DNA of 61,628 nt from a virus (Duplodnaviria; Caudoviricetes): IMG/VR virus record IMGVR_UViG_3300042195_000088, positions 1-61,628 of that record; one strand, 5' to 3'. Numbering within the stretch: the stretch's first letter is position 1; each line of letters starts with the position of its first letter. A program made the position numbers and the translations under genes. Shown in pieces: positions 37,585-48,914 of this stretch. Below the pieces are notes generated by a model. That model had not been told where the DNA came from. It made no database searches and saw only the letters and a list, made by a program, of their open reading frames with translations.

Positions 37585-40500
37585 TTCGTATCTCCGTAGT
37601 ACCCGCGCGCGCGGTCCCATGCGGTCGTGCGCGGCAGGCGAATGTTGGATTTGCGTTTCGGCTTGCGCTCAAAGTCAGCGATCGCAGCCACAACGCCGAT
37701 CAGGATAATCAGGGCCATCACGGCCATGCCGATTTGCTCGAGCGTCACGACTGGCCCTCCGGGAATTGCTCCGCGTCGATGCGTGCGGGGTCGGTGGTGA
37801 GAGGCGTTGTTGTTTTCTGAGCAGGCTTGCCCGGCAGATCGAAGAAGGTGATGCATACCTTGCACTTCGCCTTCCACGGATCGATTACCTCGATGGTCGT
37901 GTCCGGTCTCAGCAGATCGTGCTGACAGTCACCATCGGCTTTCTCAGCGGAGTTGGGATTGATCGCGCGCTCCGCTCTTCCGACAAGGCATTTACAGTCC
38001 GGCTCATGCGTAGCGCCCGAGTAGAAGCAGTCCATCGTCGCAACGATGCGGGCGATTTCGAGCAGTTCATTCGCTGTCGTCTCGATCCGGCGCGGCGATC
38101 TGGCGAAAGCCTTGTCGAACGATGCGGCCTCACTAGGTGCAAGCTCACGTGGCGTCTCGGGAGGAGAGTGATCGAGATACGCCCGCGCCTCGCGTTCTAT
38201 TGCAGGGTCCAGCCAATCACGCTTCGTCGGAAGATCGCGAACGATGGAATGGAGCATCCAGCGCGTGCGGACTGACTCTTCCGTCATGTGCTCGATGGTC
38301 GCAAGCAGCTTTTGCTTGTCTTCTTCCAGCTCCGCGCAACACTGTTTTGAGGCGAGTAACTCCGAGGGCCGCGAATCCGAAGACTCGCTTGCTTGATGCC
38401 CGCAGGCTGTCGTGGCCCCCGGAGTCACATTCAATTTTGAGGACGGCGGGATAGGCGAGGGCTCAGGGGAGCCATCACAGCGTGCGGACTTGGTGTGCCG
38501 CCCGCCGCCGTACGCGCCGCAATAGCAGATGCCTGGACCGTTCATGTGGCGTCCTTCAGTGCGGACAGAAGCTCTGTGATGAGCGGCTGCAGCCGTTCGA
38601 AATGCCCGTGGTATGTGTGCTCGCGCATACCTTCCAGAGCAAAGGCTGCTGCGCGTACCAAGCCACGCAGCTTCTCGTTCTCACACACCGGACAGAACGA
38701 AAAGCCCGGGGGGACTTTCGCGCCTGAGGCAATCCCGTGAGCGGCGTGACGCTCGCAAATGCAAACGCCGGTATTCATGGACCCACCTTGACGTCGTGCC
38801 AGATCGCAGACGTGCCGCATTTCGAGCACGTCACAGAGACCGCGCCATCGAGCATGCCGCCGTCCTTGATTTCGATTTCCGGGCCGTCGAACTTGTGCGT
38901 GCACGGGCCATCTGGGCAGCGACAATCGCAACGCTGATCATTGGACTGGTTAGCGCTGCTCATGGCATTCCGCCTTGTGTCCACAGCCCATGCACTTGCC
39001 CGTGTCGTCATCGCGGAATTTTCCGCATGGGACGGTCCCGTTTTCGCAGGGCTCACAGACGTGCTGATCGTCAGATCCCATTGCGGCGCGCCTGCGTCAT
39101 CGACCGAACCGTGTCCGCATTGACCTCGGCGGCGAATCGCGCGCCGGCCAATTCCTTGCGCAACTCGCGCACCACGTGCCGCAAGTCGTCCGGTTCCATC
39201 TCGGCCAACAGCCGCTCGAATTCCTCCTCGTTGGCGTCGGCGTGGGCTCGCTTCAAGAACGCTTCCCAGTTGGTCGGCGTCCAACTCTCTCGTGCTCGTC
39301 GGTAGCTCATCACAGGACACCTCTCTTGCGGTCCCATTGGATCTGGCAAAACGTCATGAACCTGTGCGCGTCACCGTCAGCCTTCAGGTGCCCGTCTTTC
39401 CTGGGGTTGGGCAGATCGTGGCCGGTCGCGACGTAGTACTCTTTCAGCGCTACGATGTTCGCCTGCATCCAAACGCCGAAGCATTTGATGCTCTGGTTGT
39501 TGAGCACGGGTCGCGTGATACAGCGTGCGGTGATCGGCTTCAGCAGTGCGTTCACGACCGCGCCTCCAGCGCTTCATCCAGCCGGTCGAGCGTCTTGGCA
39601 TCACAGATATTGGAGCCACCGCCCTTGCGGCTTCGGCGGCTGCCGGCCACGCGCAGGGCCGCTGCTTCAATCGCCCGCAGTCTCGCAAGCTCGCGCGTCT
39701 CGATCTGCGTGTAGACGTCCTCGGTGATCATTTGCGCTCCGGGCACAGCGGCAGGTCGTGGCACGTGCGGCACACAGGGCATTCGAGCGTCTGGACGCGC
39801 TGCTTTGGCTCGTAACACGGCATCTCGCCTTCGTTGTAGCAGTTGAAAATGCCGTTGATCCGGCCGCGCCCCTTGCCGCAGAACTGCACGTTCTCGGGCG
39901 CGCCTTCGTACGGCACGAGCTTTCGCTTCCAGTACTTCACCGGGCAGGAGAAGCCGTCGAGCGTCTTCAACTCGCACGTCTCGCCGTAAGTGGCTTCGTT
40001 GTGATCGAGGTGTTTGCAAGGCTTCATTTCGAAACATCCTCATCCGGGAGCGCGTCGGCTTTGCGTGAGGTGTACGCGCTGCTTTCTTGTCCGGTGCTCA
40101 TGCCGCGAGCCTCGGCGGATGTTTCCACTGAGAGGGAACGAGTCCCGCGCACAGCAAACAGTCGCCTGTGACAAGGTCCACGGACCATACGCGCCCGCGC
40201 TTGTCACGAAAGATGTGATCGCCGCTCGTGAATCCGAGATAGGTGCAGAGATGGTCTCGCACGTCTCCGCCGAATTTGCCTGCGAGGTGTCGAGCCAGAA
40301 CTAGCGCCGGCCGGGCTCTGCTCGTTGCCTGACAGTGCCTATTCATTGGAGGCGATCTCGCAGCGGCAATAGCTATGGCCGGCTATGTGGCACTTCTCGC
40401 ACCAGTTCGGCGTGCCGTACTCGATGCTCACGAGGGCACGCATCACGTGCGTGAACGTATCGGGGGCGAGGTACCCGCTCAGCACATCGATGCCGTCAAC

Positions 40501-41245
40501 CCGCTCGATGTGTAGGTAGCGCGCTGGCGGAACGGTCGGGTCCGGATGCTGCCGACCGTGCAGTAGCTTTCCGTCACTTCCGCGCATCCTCATGATGCGG
40601 AAGCGGATGTGAGTAGGCTGAGAGCCCACTTTCCCTTTCGCCTCACTTGCAAGCGTGCTCATGCCGTCACCCCGGCAGGCAGCAGGGACTTCAGGAAGTC
40701 GAGCTCGGCTTGGGCGGCGGCTACGACAGCCGGGTCGCTGCCGACGTGCGCACCGTCTACCGTTGCGAAATACGATTCGCGCGCATCGTCATACGCGGCG
40801 AAAGGCGACCCGCGACAAGCGCTCATTCCTGTGGCTTTCATCACTGGGCAGCCGTGACAGTCGTCGTCCCAGAACATCAGGCACAGCGGGCAATCCTTCC
40901 AGAGCGTGCCGTCGGTGCCTTCGGCTACGACTCGCTCCCATTTGCGGATGGAGCCACGCAGAGCTTCGAGCGTTTCCGTATCCATCGGGGCTTCTGCGGT
41001 GACTGTCGCTTGCTCGCTCATGAGCGCACCCGCAGAGCGCGCGGCAGGTACGTCTGATAAGGCCACTGCTTGGCCAGCAGCAACTGCGCGTCCGCCCGGT
41101 CCGCCTTGTGATACCGGCCCTGTGTCTCGACGGTCGTTCGGCGGCGGAAGATCATGTGATCTTCATTTGTGAGCCGGTAGAACTCGTTCAGTTCTGGGAG
41201 AACTGGCATACCGCCCTTCGCCTGATTGCCTGCCTGCCTTTGCAT
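37581..41245 (-). other. Early-left operon of small hypothetical ORFs
   Basis: About 12 coupled ORFs from 41245 leftwards (e.g. 40659-41021, 40339-40662, 39728-40027, 39310-39555, 37745-38545). Confidence 0.55.
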
Positions 41246-41284
41246 TCCGTCTCTCCCGCCCGTGTATCGGGCCAGTGAGGACGG

Positions 41285-41349
41285 ACATTACGCTTCCGGT
41301 GTAAGCGTGTCAACACCCGAAGTGTAAGCGGTGAACGAAAGTGTAAGCG
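41285..41349 (-). promoter_or_regulatory. pL-like promoter with operators
   Basis: TTGACA-17 bp-TAATGT on the minus strand; GTGTAAGCG three times; TTACGC-N5-GTGTAA dyad at 41288-41304. Confidence 0.8.
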
Positions 41350-41387
41350 CGGCCGCTTTTCTGCGGCGCGGTATTCGAACGTCCTAG

Positions 41388-41795
41388 CTAGGGCCTATGG
41401 GGATGTGGGCGCGCAGGAGGCGACGCAGGGGCCGGGTCAGGCGGGGGCTCTGAGGCTGTCTTCTCGTACTTCGCGGCCCGCAGGAGCCTTTCCTGCGCGC
41501 TCTTGTCCAGCTTCGTCCAGATAGACAGCAATTCGCGGGTAGCGGCGTCCATGGCGTCCTCAGATAGCTTCGGGCCGCGGCCCGTTTTCAGCCATTCCGT
41601 ATTGACGCCTCGGTTCATCGCCAAGGTAATCAAGTTCTTCTGTCCTGGCAGTCCGTCCCCGTCCCGCCATTTCTGGACCGCCGAGGGCCAGATATCGAGC
41701 TCGCGCCCGATATCCGATAGGCCACACGGCAAGCCGACGTCCTGACTGGACTCTTCGAGCCTGTCCCAGAACGTTTCCTGCGGTGCCTTTGCCAT
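41388..41795 (-). CDS. CI-like repressor lacking an S24 peptidase domain
   Basis: HTH LSDIGRELDIWPSAVQKWRD and VNTEWLKTGRG; ~135 aa; divergent from cro. Confidence 0.85.
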   Translation of the reverse strand: MAKAPQETFWDRLEESSQDVGLPCGLSDIGRELDIWPSAVQKWRDGDGLPGQKNLITLAMNRGVNTEWLKTGRGPKLSEDAMDAATRELLSIWTKLDKSAQERLLRAAKYEKTASEPPPDPAPASPPARPHPHRP

Positions 41796-41869
41796 TACCG
41801 AAGTGTGAAACAAGGCGTTTACACTCCGGGTCTATTGTTATCTTCCATTTCCGGTGTAAACTTTGGAGC
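41796..41869. promoter_or_regulatory. oR/pR-pRM-like region
   Basis: CCGAAGTGTGA, TTACACTCCGG and TTCCGGTGTAA repeat the oL motif; TAAACT -10 at 41857-41862. Confidence 0.7.
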
Positions 41870-42142
41870 ATGCAAAGCATCGTCGCAAGCGCTATTGACC
41901 ATATTGGGCTGACGAAACTGGGAAATCGCTTCGAGATTCGCCCTTCGGCCGTGCAGAAGTGGCGCGACAACTGTCGATTGCCGCAGACCGACCTGTCAGG
42001 ACTGACCGCGTACGCCGCAGGCATCGCGGAGTTGAGCGGGGGTAAGTTCACCGCCGAGCAGCTGCTCGCTGAGACGCGCACAGCTTGGGAAAAGATCTCC
42101 CCGCGAAGAGGTCGGCGCAAGCGCAATGGACGGCCCAGTTGA
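41870..42142 (+). CDS. Cro-like repressor
   Basis: AIDHIGLTKLGNRFEIRPSAVQKWRDNCRLP...G.T.YA..I motif. Confidence 0.85.
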   Translation: MQSIVASAIDHIGLTKLGNRFEIRPSAVQKWRDNCRLPQTDLSGLTAYAAGIAELSGGKFTAEQLLAETRTAWEKISPRRGRRKRNGRPS

Positions 42143-42427
42143 TGGGCACAACCGCATTCCATGTTCGCTCCTTGAGGACCACGCGTAACCCATGCCAGTC
42201 CTTGGCTTCGCGCGCACTTCCTTCCGGGGGAGGGTCAGGGGCCTCGAGCGGTGCGCTGTATTTTTCCGAGCTTCAGACCGTAGCACCCGAGACTTATGTC
42301 TGCAAATAAATGCAACTTGGATTTTCGGGCGCGGCGCGGGGAGCGCTTACTGCTTGGTGCGGCGCGTTTATCGCACCTCGTGTTCGCAGTGAGGGCGAGA
42401 GGATGAGATCAGCACAAGAGGAATTCA

Positions 42428-43287
42428 TGAACACCGACTGCGCCACGTTTGCTCCGACTCCGCGCTCGCTGGGCCGCCGATTACTCGACCGGCTCTTTCC
42501 GCAGCGCCGATTGCCTATTCCGGAAGACACCGAAGGCTTTGCGCCGTCCTACATGGTCACCGGCTGCGTGTGCCATCTCGACTGGCGCGACCGCTTGCGT
42601 GTGCTCGTGAGCGGTCGCGTGCGTATCGAGATCCAAACCAAGACGGACGTCGTCGTCAGCCGCATGCAGTCGCAAAGCGTGGTCTGCGTGCTGCCGCCTT
42701 CGCGCGCAAGTCTGGAGTCGCTGGCATGAACGAACAACAGCGCCGTCTCCACGACGAACTCATGAAGCGGTTCACCGCCGATGGCCGTCTCATAGAGGCA
42801 GGTTGGCAGTCGATGCTCCTGCTGGTGCTTCCGAAGGACGCGCCAGCCGTTCAGGTGGACGAAATGCGCAAGGCGTTCTTCATGGGCGCGCAGCATTTGT
42901 ATGCGGCCCTGATGTGCATCATGGACGAGGACGCCGAGCCCACAGACAAGGACCTCGAAAAGATGGGCCTCATTCACAACGAGTTGGAGGCGTTCCGCAT
43001 GGAAGTCACCAACGTCCACTCTCCTGGGAGAGGTTGATATGCAAGAGATGCAGCACCCGGACGGGACGGTATCCCGTGAGTTTTTCAGCGACGTCGAGCT
43101 CAAACGCGGCGAGATGCACAAGCGACGAAAAGAGCTGGAAAAGCAGGGTTATTCCATCGCTCGCGTCGCCTACATCATGAAGAAAAGCAAGTACACGCCG
43201 CACATCGGCAAGCAGGAGTGCGAGCGTCGACTGCGGCAGATGCAGCGAGACGAAGCCAAGCGCGCGAAGACTGCGGAAGTCGCATAA
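42428..43287 (+). other. Three hypothetical ORFs (42428-42729, 42726-43037, 43039-43287)
   Basis: Coupled ORFs with RBS-like sequences. Confidence 0.6.
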
Positions 43288-43433
43288 CGATTGAGCTGAC
43301 GCCGCGGTCGCACGCGGCCTTGAGGGTCTGATGAATTTCAAATTCGGTGCGCCGCGTGTGGGCAGATCGCCTGAACCCCGGCTTCTGTTTACGTGCGACG
43401 CGGCGCGCCGATTCTCTCTGCGTGGGGGCTCGC

Positions 43434-44171
43434 ATGCCGCGTGAATCCAAACTGCCGGCCCCGACCGCGAAAGACATCAATGAGGCGCATCGGCTCGCGC
43501 GCTCATCCGCCGAGACTGCCATTCAGCACGCAATCCGGTGCGGAAAAATGCTTGCGACAAAGAAGGTATCGGTCAAGCACGGCGAGTTTGAGAGATGGGT
43601 CGTTCAGAACTGTGAGTTTTCGGACCGGCAGGCGCGCCGCTATATGCAGGCCGCGGTCAAAACGGACACGCGTGTCCGTTTTGACTCTCTTCGGCAATTG
43701 CTCGGCGTTGAAAATAAACAGAAAAAACGGGAACCAGTCACGCCGCCGGCACAGCCGTCTCCGTCTCCGCAGGCCCAACAGCCGTCCGCTGTCGTGGTCG
43801 ATCTCCAGAAGCCCGGGCAACACGCGACCAAGCCAACGCCGTCGCCTGTTGAAGTTATTCCGGCTCCCGATTTCGACTTCACCGACTACGAACCGGAAGA
43901 CGACGACGCCTGTAAGGCGAACGTCGAGAACGTGATGATGGCCGACGACAAGCTCCTGGCTATGTATGAGGAGCTGAAGAAAGTCCATCGCGAGATGCAG
44001 GGGCTAAAGGCATCGCGGGATCACTATCAATCGCAGGCCGGCGAGGCGGTTCGTTTCGTCAAAGCGCGGGACCGGGAGATAGAGAAACTCAAGAGGGATT
44101 TGGCGAGGGCGCGCGAAGAGAACGAAGCGCTGCGCGAGCGCGTAGCCATCATGGAGACGGCGGCGGCATGA
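43434..44171 (+). CDS. DUF3102-like protein
   Basis: AIRCGKMLATKK..VKHGEFERWV..NCEFSDRQARRYM. Confidence 0.75.
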   Translation: MPRESKLPAPTAKDINEAHRLARSSAETAIQHAIRCGKMLATKKVSVKHGEFERWVVQNCEFSDRQARRYMQAAVKTDTRVRFDSLRQLLGVENKQKKREPVTPPAQPSPSPQAQQPSAVVVDLQKPGQHATKPTPSPVEVIPAPDFDFTDYEPEDDDACKANVENVMMADDKLLAMYEELKKVHREMQGLKASRDHYQSQAGEAVRFVKARDREIEKLKRDLARAREENEALRERVAIMETAAA

Positions 44172-45718
44172 ACGGCGATTTGTTCGATACGCACAGCACT
44201 TTTGCGTTCCCGCCCCCGCGCGAGTGCCAGACTCGTGCGATCGAAAGCCTGCGCGAAGGGCTCCGCGCGGGTCATCGAAATCAGTTGCTCGTGCTGCCAA
44301 CCGGTGGTGGCAAGACAATCGCTTCGCTCATGCTCATCTCTGAGTCGCTGAAGAAGGGCCGGCGCGCAACATTCGTCTGCGATCGCATCACGCTCATCAA
44401 CCAGTGCAGCGAAAATGCTGACAAGTATGGGCTGCATCATCACGGCATCGTGCAGGCGAATCACTGGAGGCGCGACAACTCGTTGCCGTTCCAGATCGCA
44501 AGCGTGCAGACGATAGGCAAGCGTGGCTACTGGCCGCCTGCTGACCTTGTGGTGATCGACGAAGCCCATGTCCTGCATGCGGCGCATAAGGAGTTGCTGA
44601 CGGCCGGACGTACGCCCGTGATTGGGCTTACTGCGACCCCATGCACCAGGGGGCTCGGGAAATACTTCACTAACGTCGTGAACGCCGCGACGATGCACGA
44701 GCTCACCGAGGCCGAAGTGCTGGTCCCGATGAAGATTCTGTCTTGCACGGCGCCCGATATGAAGGGTGCGGCGACAGATAACAAAGGCGAATGGACTCGT
44801 GAGGCTGCCTCGGAGCGTGAGGCGAAAATCATCGGAGACGTGGTGGCGGAATGGATTGCTCACGGCGAGAACCGTAAGACCATCGCATTCGGTGCAGATA
44901 TCGCCTACTGCGGACAGCTCGTGCAGCGGTTCAATGCCGCTGGCGTGAGCGCCGCGGCCTACACGTCCGAAACAAGTGATGCCGAGTGCGCGGATCTGCT
45001 GCAGGAGTTCCGCAAGCCGGATTCGGCCGTGCGGATTCTGGTGTCAGTCGAGAAGCTCGCGAAGGGGTTCGACGTGCCCGATGTGGGTTGCGTCATCGAT
45101 GCGCGCCCGTTGCGTAAATCACTGTCTACGGCGATTCAGATGTGGGGGCGCGGACTGCGCTCGTCGCCCGGCAAGACCAACTGCATCCTGTTGGATTTTA
45201 CTCGCAACATCGTGCGGTTCATGCCGGAGTTCGAGGATATCTACTACAACGGATTTCGCTCGCTGGATGAATCGGAAAAGCTCGACAGTAAGCCACGTGA
45301 AGACGATTCGGATTTCACGCCTGCCGGCTGTCCTCAGTGTGCGCACAAGCCATTCAGCCGGCGCTGCCTTGCGTGCGGTTTCGAGAAGCCAACGCAGGCT
45401 CTGGAAGATACGTCGGTTGGCGAGATGCGGGAGGTGGTGATCGGCAGCGGTAAGAACAGAAAAGTGCTCGCGGCAGACGAAGTTGATTTATGGCGACAGG
45501 TCTGTGGTTACGCGCGCGCATACAGCAAGCCCGAGAAGCAGGCCGGAAGGGCTGCAAATCTGTTCCGCAATATCACAGGCAGATGGCCGCCGCGCGAGTT
45601 CGTCTTCGATCAGACAGAGTCATCTCCGGTTACACGCAATACGCGCAACAAAATAAAAAGTCTCGACTGGGCATGGCGGGCGATGCAGACGAAGACCCGG
45701 CACGAGGCGCAGGCATGA
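44168..45718 (+). CDS. SF2 (DEAD/DEAH-like) helicase
   Basis: LPTGGGKT, VIDEAH, LTATP, KGFDVP and QMWGRGLR motifs; CxxC finger. Confidence 0.95.
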   Translation: MNGDLFDTHSTFAFPPPRECQTRAIESLREGLRAGHRNQLLVLPTGGGKTIASLMLISESLKKGRRATFVCDRITLINQCSENADKYGLHHHGIVQANHWRRDNSLPFQIASVQTIGKRGYWPPADLVVIDEAHVLHAAHKELLTAGRTPVIGLTATPCTRGLGKYFTNVVNAATMHELTEAEVLVPMKILSCTAPDMKGAATDNKGEWTREAASEREAKIIGDVVAEWIAHGENRKTIAFGADIAYCGQLVQRFNAAGVSAAAYTSETSDAECADLLQEFRKPDSAVRILVSVEKLAKGFDVPDVGCVIDARPLRKSLSTAIQMWGRGLRSSPGKTNCILLDFTRNIVRFMPEFEDIYYNGFRSLDESEKLDSKPREDDSDFTPAGCPQCAHKPFSRRCLACGFEKPTQALEDTSVGEMREVVIGSGKNRKVLAADEVDLWRQVCGYARAYSKPEKQAGRAANLFRNITGRWPPREFVFDQTESSPVTRNTRNKIKSLDWAWRAMQTKTRHEAQA

Positions 45719-45918
45719 ACGTTGTCCCGCTGTGGCCCAATGTTCGTTACTACTGTTCAGCCTGTGACGAGCGCTTCTACGAATACGAGCGAGAAAAGCA
45801 CGAGCATTGCATTGAGCATGTGTATTGCGTCGGCTGCGGCCGCGCGTTCGCTCCCGGTGAAGAAGACTGCCCTATGTGTGGCGCGCCCGCACCGAAGCCT
45901 CTCGCTGAGGCCGGATGA
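45715..45918 (+). CDS. Small zinc-finger protein
   Basis: MNVVPLWP...CSAC...CVGC...CPMC; coupled to both neighbours. Confidence 0.5.
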   Translation: MNVVPLWPNVRYYCSACDERFYEYEREKHEHCIEHVYCVGCGRAFAPGEEDCPMCGAPAPKPLAEAG

Positions 45919-46754
45919 CACTGAACGATGCTATCGCCGCCGCGGGCATGACGCCGCCACCGCGGATTGTTCCGGGCCGCTGGGTGCGCTTTCCTGGCGC
46001 CGGTAAGAGCAAGCCCAACCGCGCTGGCTGGTGTCGAGTCATCACGCCGACTCTCGCAATCTTCGGTGACTGGTCGAGCAATTTCACTGCGACATGGACG
46101 GACAGCACACACAGGGATGATGCGGAGTCTCGCAGACTGCTCATAGATGCCCGTCGTCGCGAGCAGCAATTCGCGCGAGAGCAGCGTGAGAGGCAGCGTA
46201 AAGCGGCCATCGAGGCGAGCACGCTCATTGCGTCGTGCCGCTCTGGCACGCATTGCTACCTCGAGCGCAAGGGATTTCCGCAGCGACGCGAGTTGATCGA
46301 CGAGAAGAAGAACCTCGTCATTCCCATGCGCGACTCGCGCGACTACTCGCGGATTCTCTCTGCGCAGTTGATCGCGGAGGACGGAAGTAAAAAATTCCTT
46401 CCAGGCGGCCGGGCGAAAGGCGCCGTATTTCGCATTGGCGCGCCCCAGGGCCGCATCGTGCTGTGCGAGGGGTTCGCTACCGGCTTGTCAATCGATGCCG
46501 CCCTGAAGCGTCTGCCGGGCGAGCACGCGGTGATCGTGTGCTTCTCAGCGAAGAATCTGGAGCTCGTGGCGAAAGCGTATCGGAGCGCCGTGGTTGCCGC
46601 GGACAACGATCACTCCGCTACCGGCGAGGAGGCTGCAAAAGCCACAGGGCTGCGCTGGACGATGCCTTACGAGGTTGGAACGGACTGGAACGACCTGCAC
46701 GCCAACATGGGATTGCATGTCGTGGTGGAGAGAATGCGAGAGCTACTGAGTTGA
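45915..46754 (+). CDS. TOPRIM primase
   Basis: YLERKG, LCEGFATG, AADND and DWND motifs. Confidence 0.92.
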   Translation: MTLNDAIAAAGMTPPPRIVPGRWVRFPGAGKSKPNRAGWCRVITPTLAIFGDWSSNFTATWTDSTHRDDAESRRLLIDARRREQQFAREQRERQRKAAIEASTLIASCRSGTHCYLERKGFPQRRELIDEKKNLVIPMRDSRDYSRILSAQLIAEDGSKKFLPGGRAKGAVFRIGAPQGRIVLCEGFATGLSIDAALKRLPGEHAVIVCFSAKNLELVAKAYRSAVVAADNDHSATGEEAAKATGLRWTMPYEVGTDWNDLHANMGLHVVVERMRELLS

Positions 46755-46807
46755 CGCGAACCATCGCGTCGGGGGCCAGAAATGCAACCACGGCGGCGCG
46801 ATGAGAA

Positions 46808-46940
46808 CCCCTACCGTGGATAGACGCTGAAACAGGGGAATAAAGGTGGCGAAGCTAGCGCCTTTGCGTCGAACGGCTGGCGGGTCATGCGATACGTCGA
46901 CGCATGTGAAGGCAAACCCGGCTTACGGGGCTAGGTTTGC
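46808..46940. other. Four-hairpin non-coding element, candidate replication origin
   Basis: Consecutive inverted repeats directly downstream of the primase, including a GCGAAGC mini-hairpin. Confidence 0.55.
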
Positions 46941-47739
46941 TCCTCGTCTCCGCATGTTCCGGTCTCTTGATCCTCTCTGACTCTTAGTTGAAATGAGGAT
47001 AGCGATGGCTCTTTGGCTGATTCGTAAAAACGGCAAGAAAGTCAAAGCTCATATATGGGGTGGGGGCGATACAGCTTGTCGTATGGCCTCAACTGGTGGA
47101 CTGAAAATGAATCGATTCGAGGTTCGCAGTGAACGCGGGCAGCACGACATTTGCCACATGTGCCAGCAATGCTCCCAAGTCTCCGGAACTGGAATGGGTA
47201 AAAGTGAACAACTGGCTGATGGAAACGAAATGCGGAAAGTTTCGATGCCGGAAGTACTACTTGGGTGACGTGCTCGACGATCCTGGCGAGTGCCGGTATC
47301 AGCTTTTTGCGGAGAACCGCATGCGTTGCGGCCCGCCCGCGGACTCGTTCGCCAAGGCGCAACAGTTTGCGAATGGGGTTTTTCGATGAATGAACCGATC
47401 GTGAAGATCAAATACCCACTTCCTTGTGGTTGTGCAGGGCCGGCCTACATCAGCCGGTGCGCAACTCATCAGGAAAGCGCTCGTGCCGAGCACCGGGCAA
47501 TGCCCGAAGGCCCGCCCGAGTGCCCGCATTGCGGAGGATCACTTCGTCATCCTCAAGCGCCAGTAGTCCATGGAGGGCGCACGGAATGACCACGCCTGAC
47601 TCGATGACGGCGCGCGGATTCTCAAGCAGCAGCTTAAACAGGGCATTCATGGCGTTGATTAACATCGCAACAAGTGTGCCACTGTGAGCCGTTCGTTTCC
47701 ACATTTGCAGGCCGATGCGGATGCGAAGGCGAATACCTA

Positions 47740-48057
47740 ATGCTTGATGGAACTGAATTTTTCGAGTGCTCGTGTGGCAGTGATGAGCATACGTTGCGAT
47801 TCATTCTGTCGTTTGACGAGGACGAGCCGAGTATCTACACGACCGTATTTCTCGGAGCCTATCCGCTAGGCTGGAAGCGACTGTGGACTGCGATCCGGTA
47901 TCTCTTCGGCTACAAATGCAAGTACGGACACTGGGACTGCTTCGAGCTGCGCCAGGAGGATGCCGAGCGAATGCAGTTCATGCTTCAACGCCTCATCAAC
48001 GTTATTGCTACGCGACAGGAGCGCAAGGTGCAGGCGGATGCGAAGGCGGCAACATGA
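47740..48057 (+). CDS. Hypothetical protein
   Basis: FECSCGSDEH...WKRLWTAIRYLFGYKCKYGHWD. Confidence 0.6.
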   Translation: MLDGTEFFECSCGSDEHTLRFILSFDEDEPSIYTTVFLGAYPLGWKRLWTAIRYLFGYKCKYGHWDCFELRQEDAERMQFMLQRLINVIATRQERKVQADAKAAT

Positions 48058-48614
48058 AGTGGACGGCACGCGAGATCGCGAGAGCCGTGCACCTGAACGT
48101 ATTCAGGGCACAGCATGTCGTCATGGTGCCGGACTGTCAGTGGACCGGGCACGAGTGCGATCTGCTGGTGGTACGCAACGACCTGCGCCTCGTGGATATC
48201 GAAATCAAGATCAGCCGTGCCGACCTGAAGGCGGATGCTGCCAAGGACAAGTGGTTTGACATGCCGGACCGATGGCCGTGGGGACAGGAGCGACCACGAA
48301 CGCCACGCGCTTACCCTGCGAAGATCTGGAAGCATTACTACTGCATGCCGCGCGCAATCTGGGATGACGAGCTGCTTGGCTGCATCCAGCCCATCAGCGG
48401 CATCCTGTTGATCCGCGATCATTACGACGTCGCGCCGCTCGTATCGATCAAGCGACAGGCACGCCCGAACAGGGCAGCCATGGCGATATCGGCGAGGGAC
48501 GTGATCGATATCGCTCGCCTGCAGAGCAACCGGATGTGGGACGCTTACGATGAGGTAGACCGCCACCGGCGCGCGGTCTCATCCACCACCTGCGATGCGA
48601 AGGCGGGCGCATGA
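48054..48614 (+). CDS. MmcB-like PD-(D/E)xK protein
   Basis: ECDLL...IEIKISRADLKAD..KDKW and HYYCMP motifs. Confidence 0.7.
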   Translation: MKWTAREIARAVHLNVFRAQHVVMVPDCQWTGHECDLLVVRNDLRLVDIEIKISRADLKADAAKDKWFDMPDRWPWGQERPRTPRAYPAKIWKHYYCMPRAIWDDELLGCIQPISGILLIRDHYDVAPLVSIKRQARPNRAAMAISARDVIDIARLQSNRMWDAYDEVDRHRRAVSSTTCDAKAGA

Positions 48615-48892
48615 GGCCGAAGTACGCGCCAAGGCGCGACGTACCCGAGTCTGGCATCGTGGATGCCCTCGAGTCCATCGGCTGGGACTGCGTGCGCCTC
48701 AGCAGCGAGGAGCTACCCGACTTGCTCTGCCGTCACCGCGGCTCGGGTCAGCTTGCGCTGCTCGAGATCGACGGCATCACCAAGTACCGCAAGCGCAAGC
48801 AGTCGCAGCTCGACATGTTGGCCGCGTGGAATGTGCCTGTGGTGAAGACGTTTGACGAAGCGTGTAGGGCGCTCGGGAGCAAGATTTCGTAA
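48611..48892 (+). CDS. Small PD-(D/E)xK endonuclease (VRR-NUC/resolvase-like)
   Basis: RD..E..IVDAL...LPDLL...LLEID. Confidence 0.6.
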   Translation: MRPKYAPRRDVPESGIVDALESIGWDCVRLSSEELPDLLCRHRGSGQLALLEIDGITKYRKRKQSQLDMLAAWNVPVVKTFDEACRALGSKIS

Positions 48893-48914
48893 TGGTTTCA
48901 CGTGGAACTAATTC

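Noticed and set aside
41288-41349. GTGTAAGCG repeats as a mini-CRISPR or iterons
   Set aside because: Too short, overlap a promoter and recur at oR, so they are operators; no cas genes.
42143-42310. Possible structured RNA or nut-like site after cro
   Set aside because: Only short, interrupted pairings; not distinguishable from chance at this GC content.
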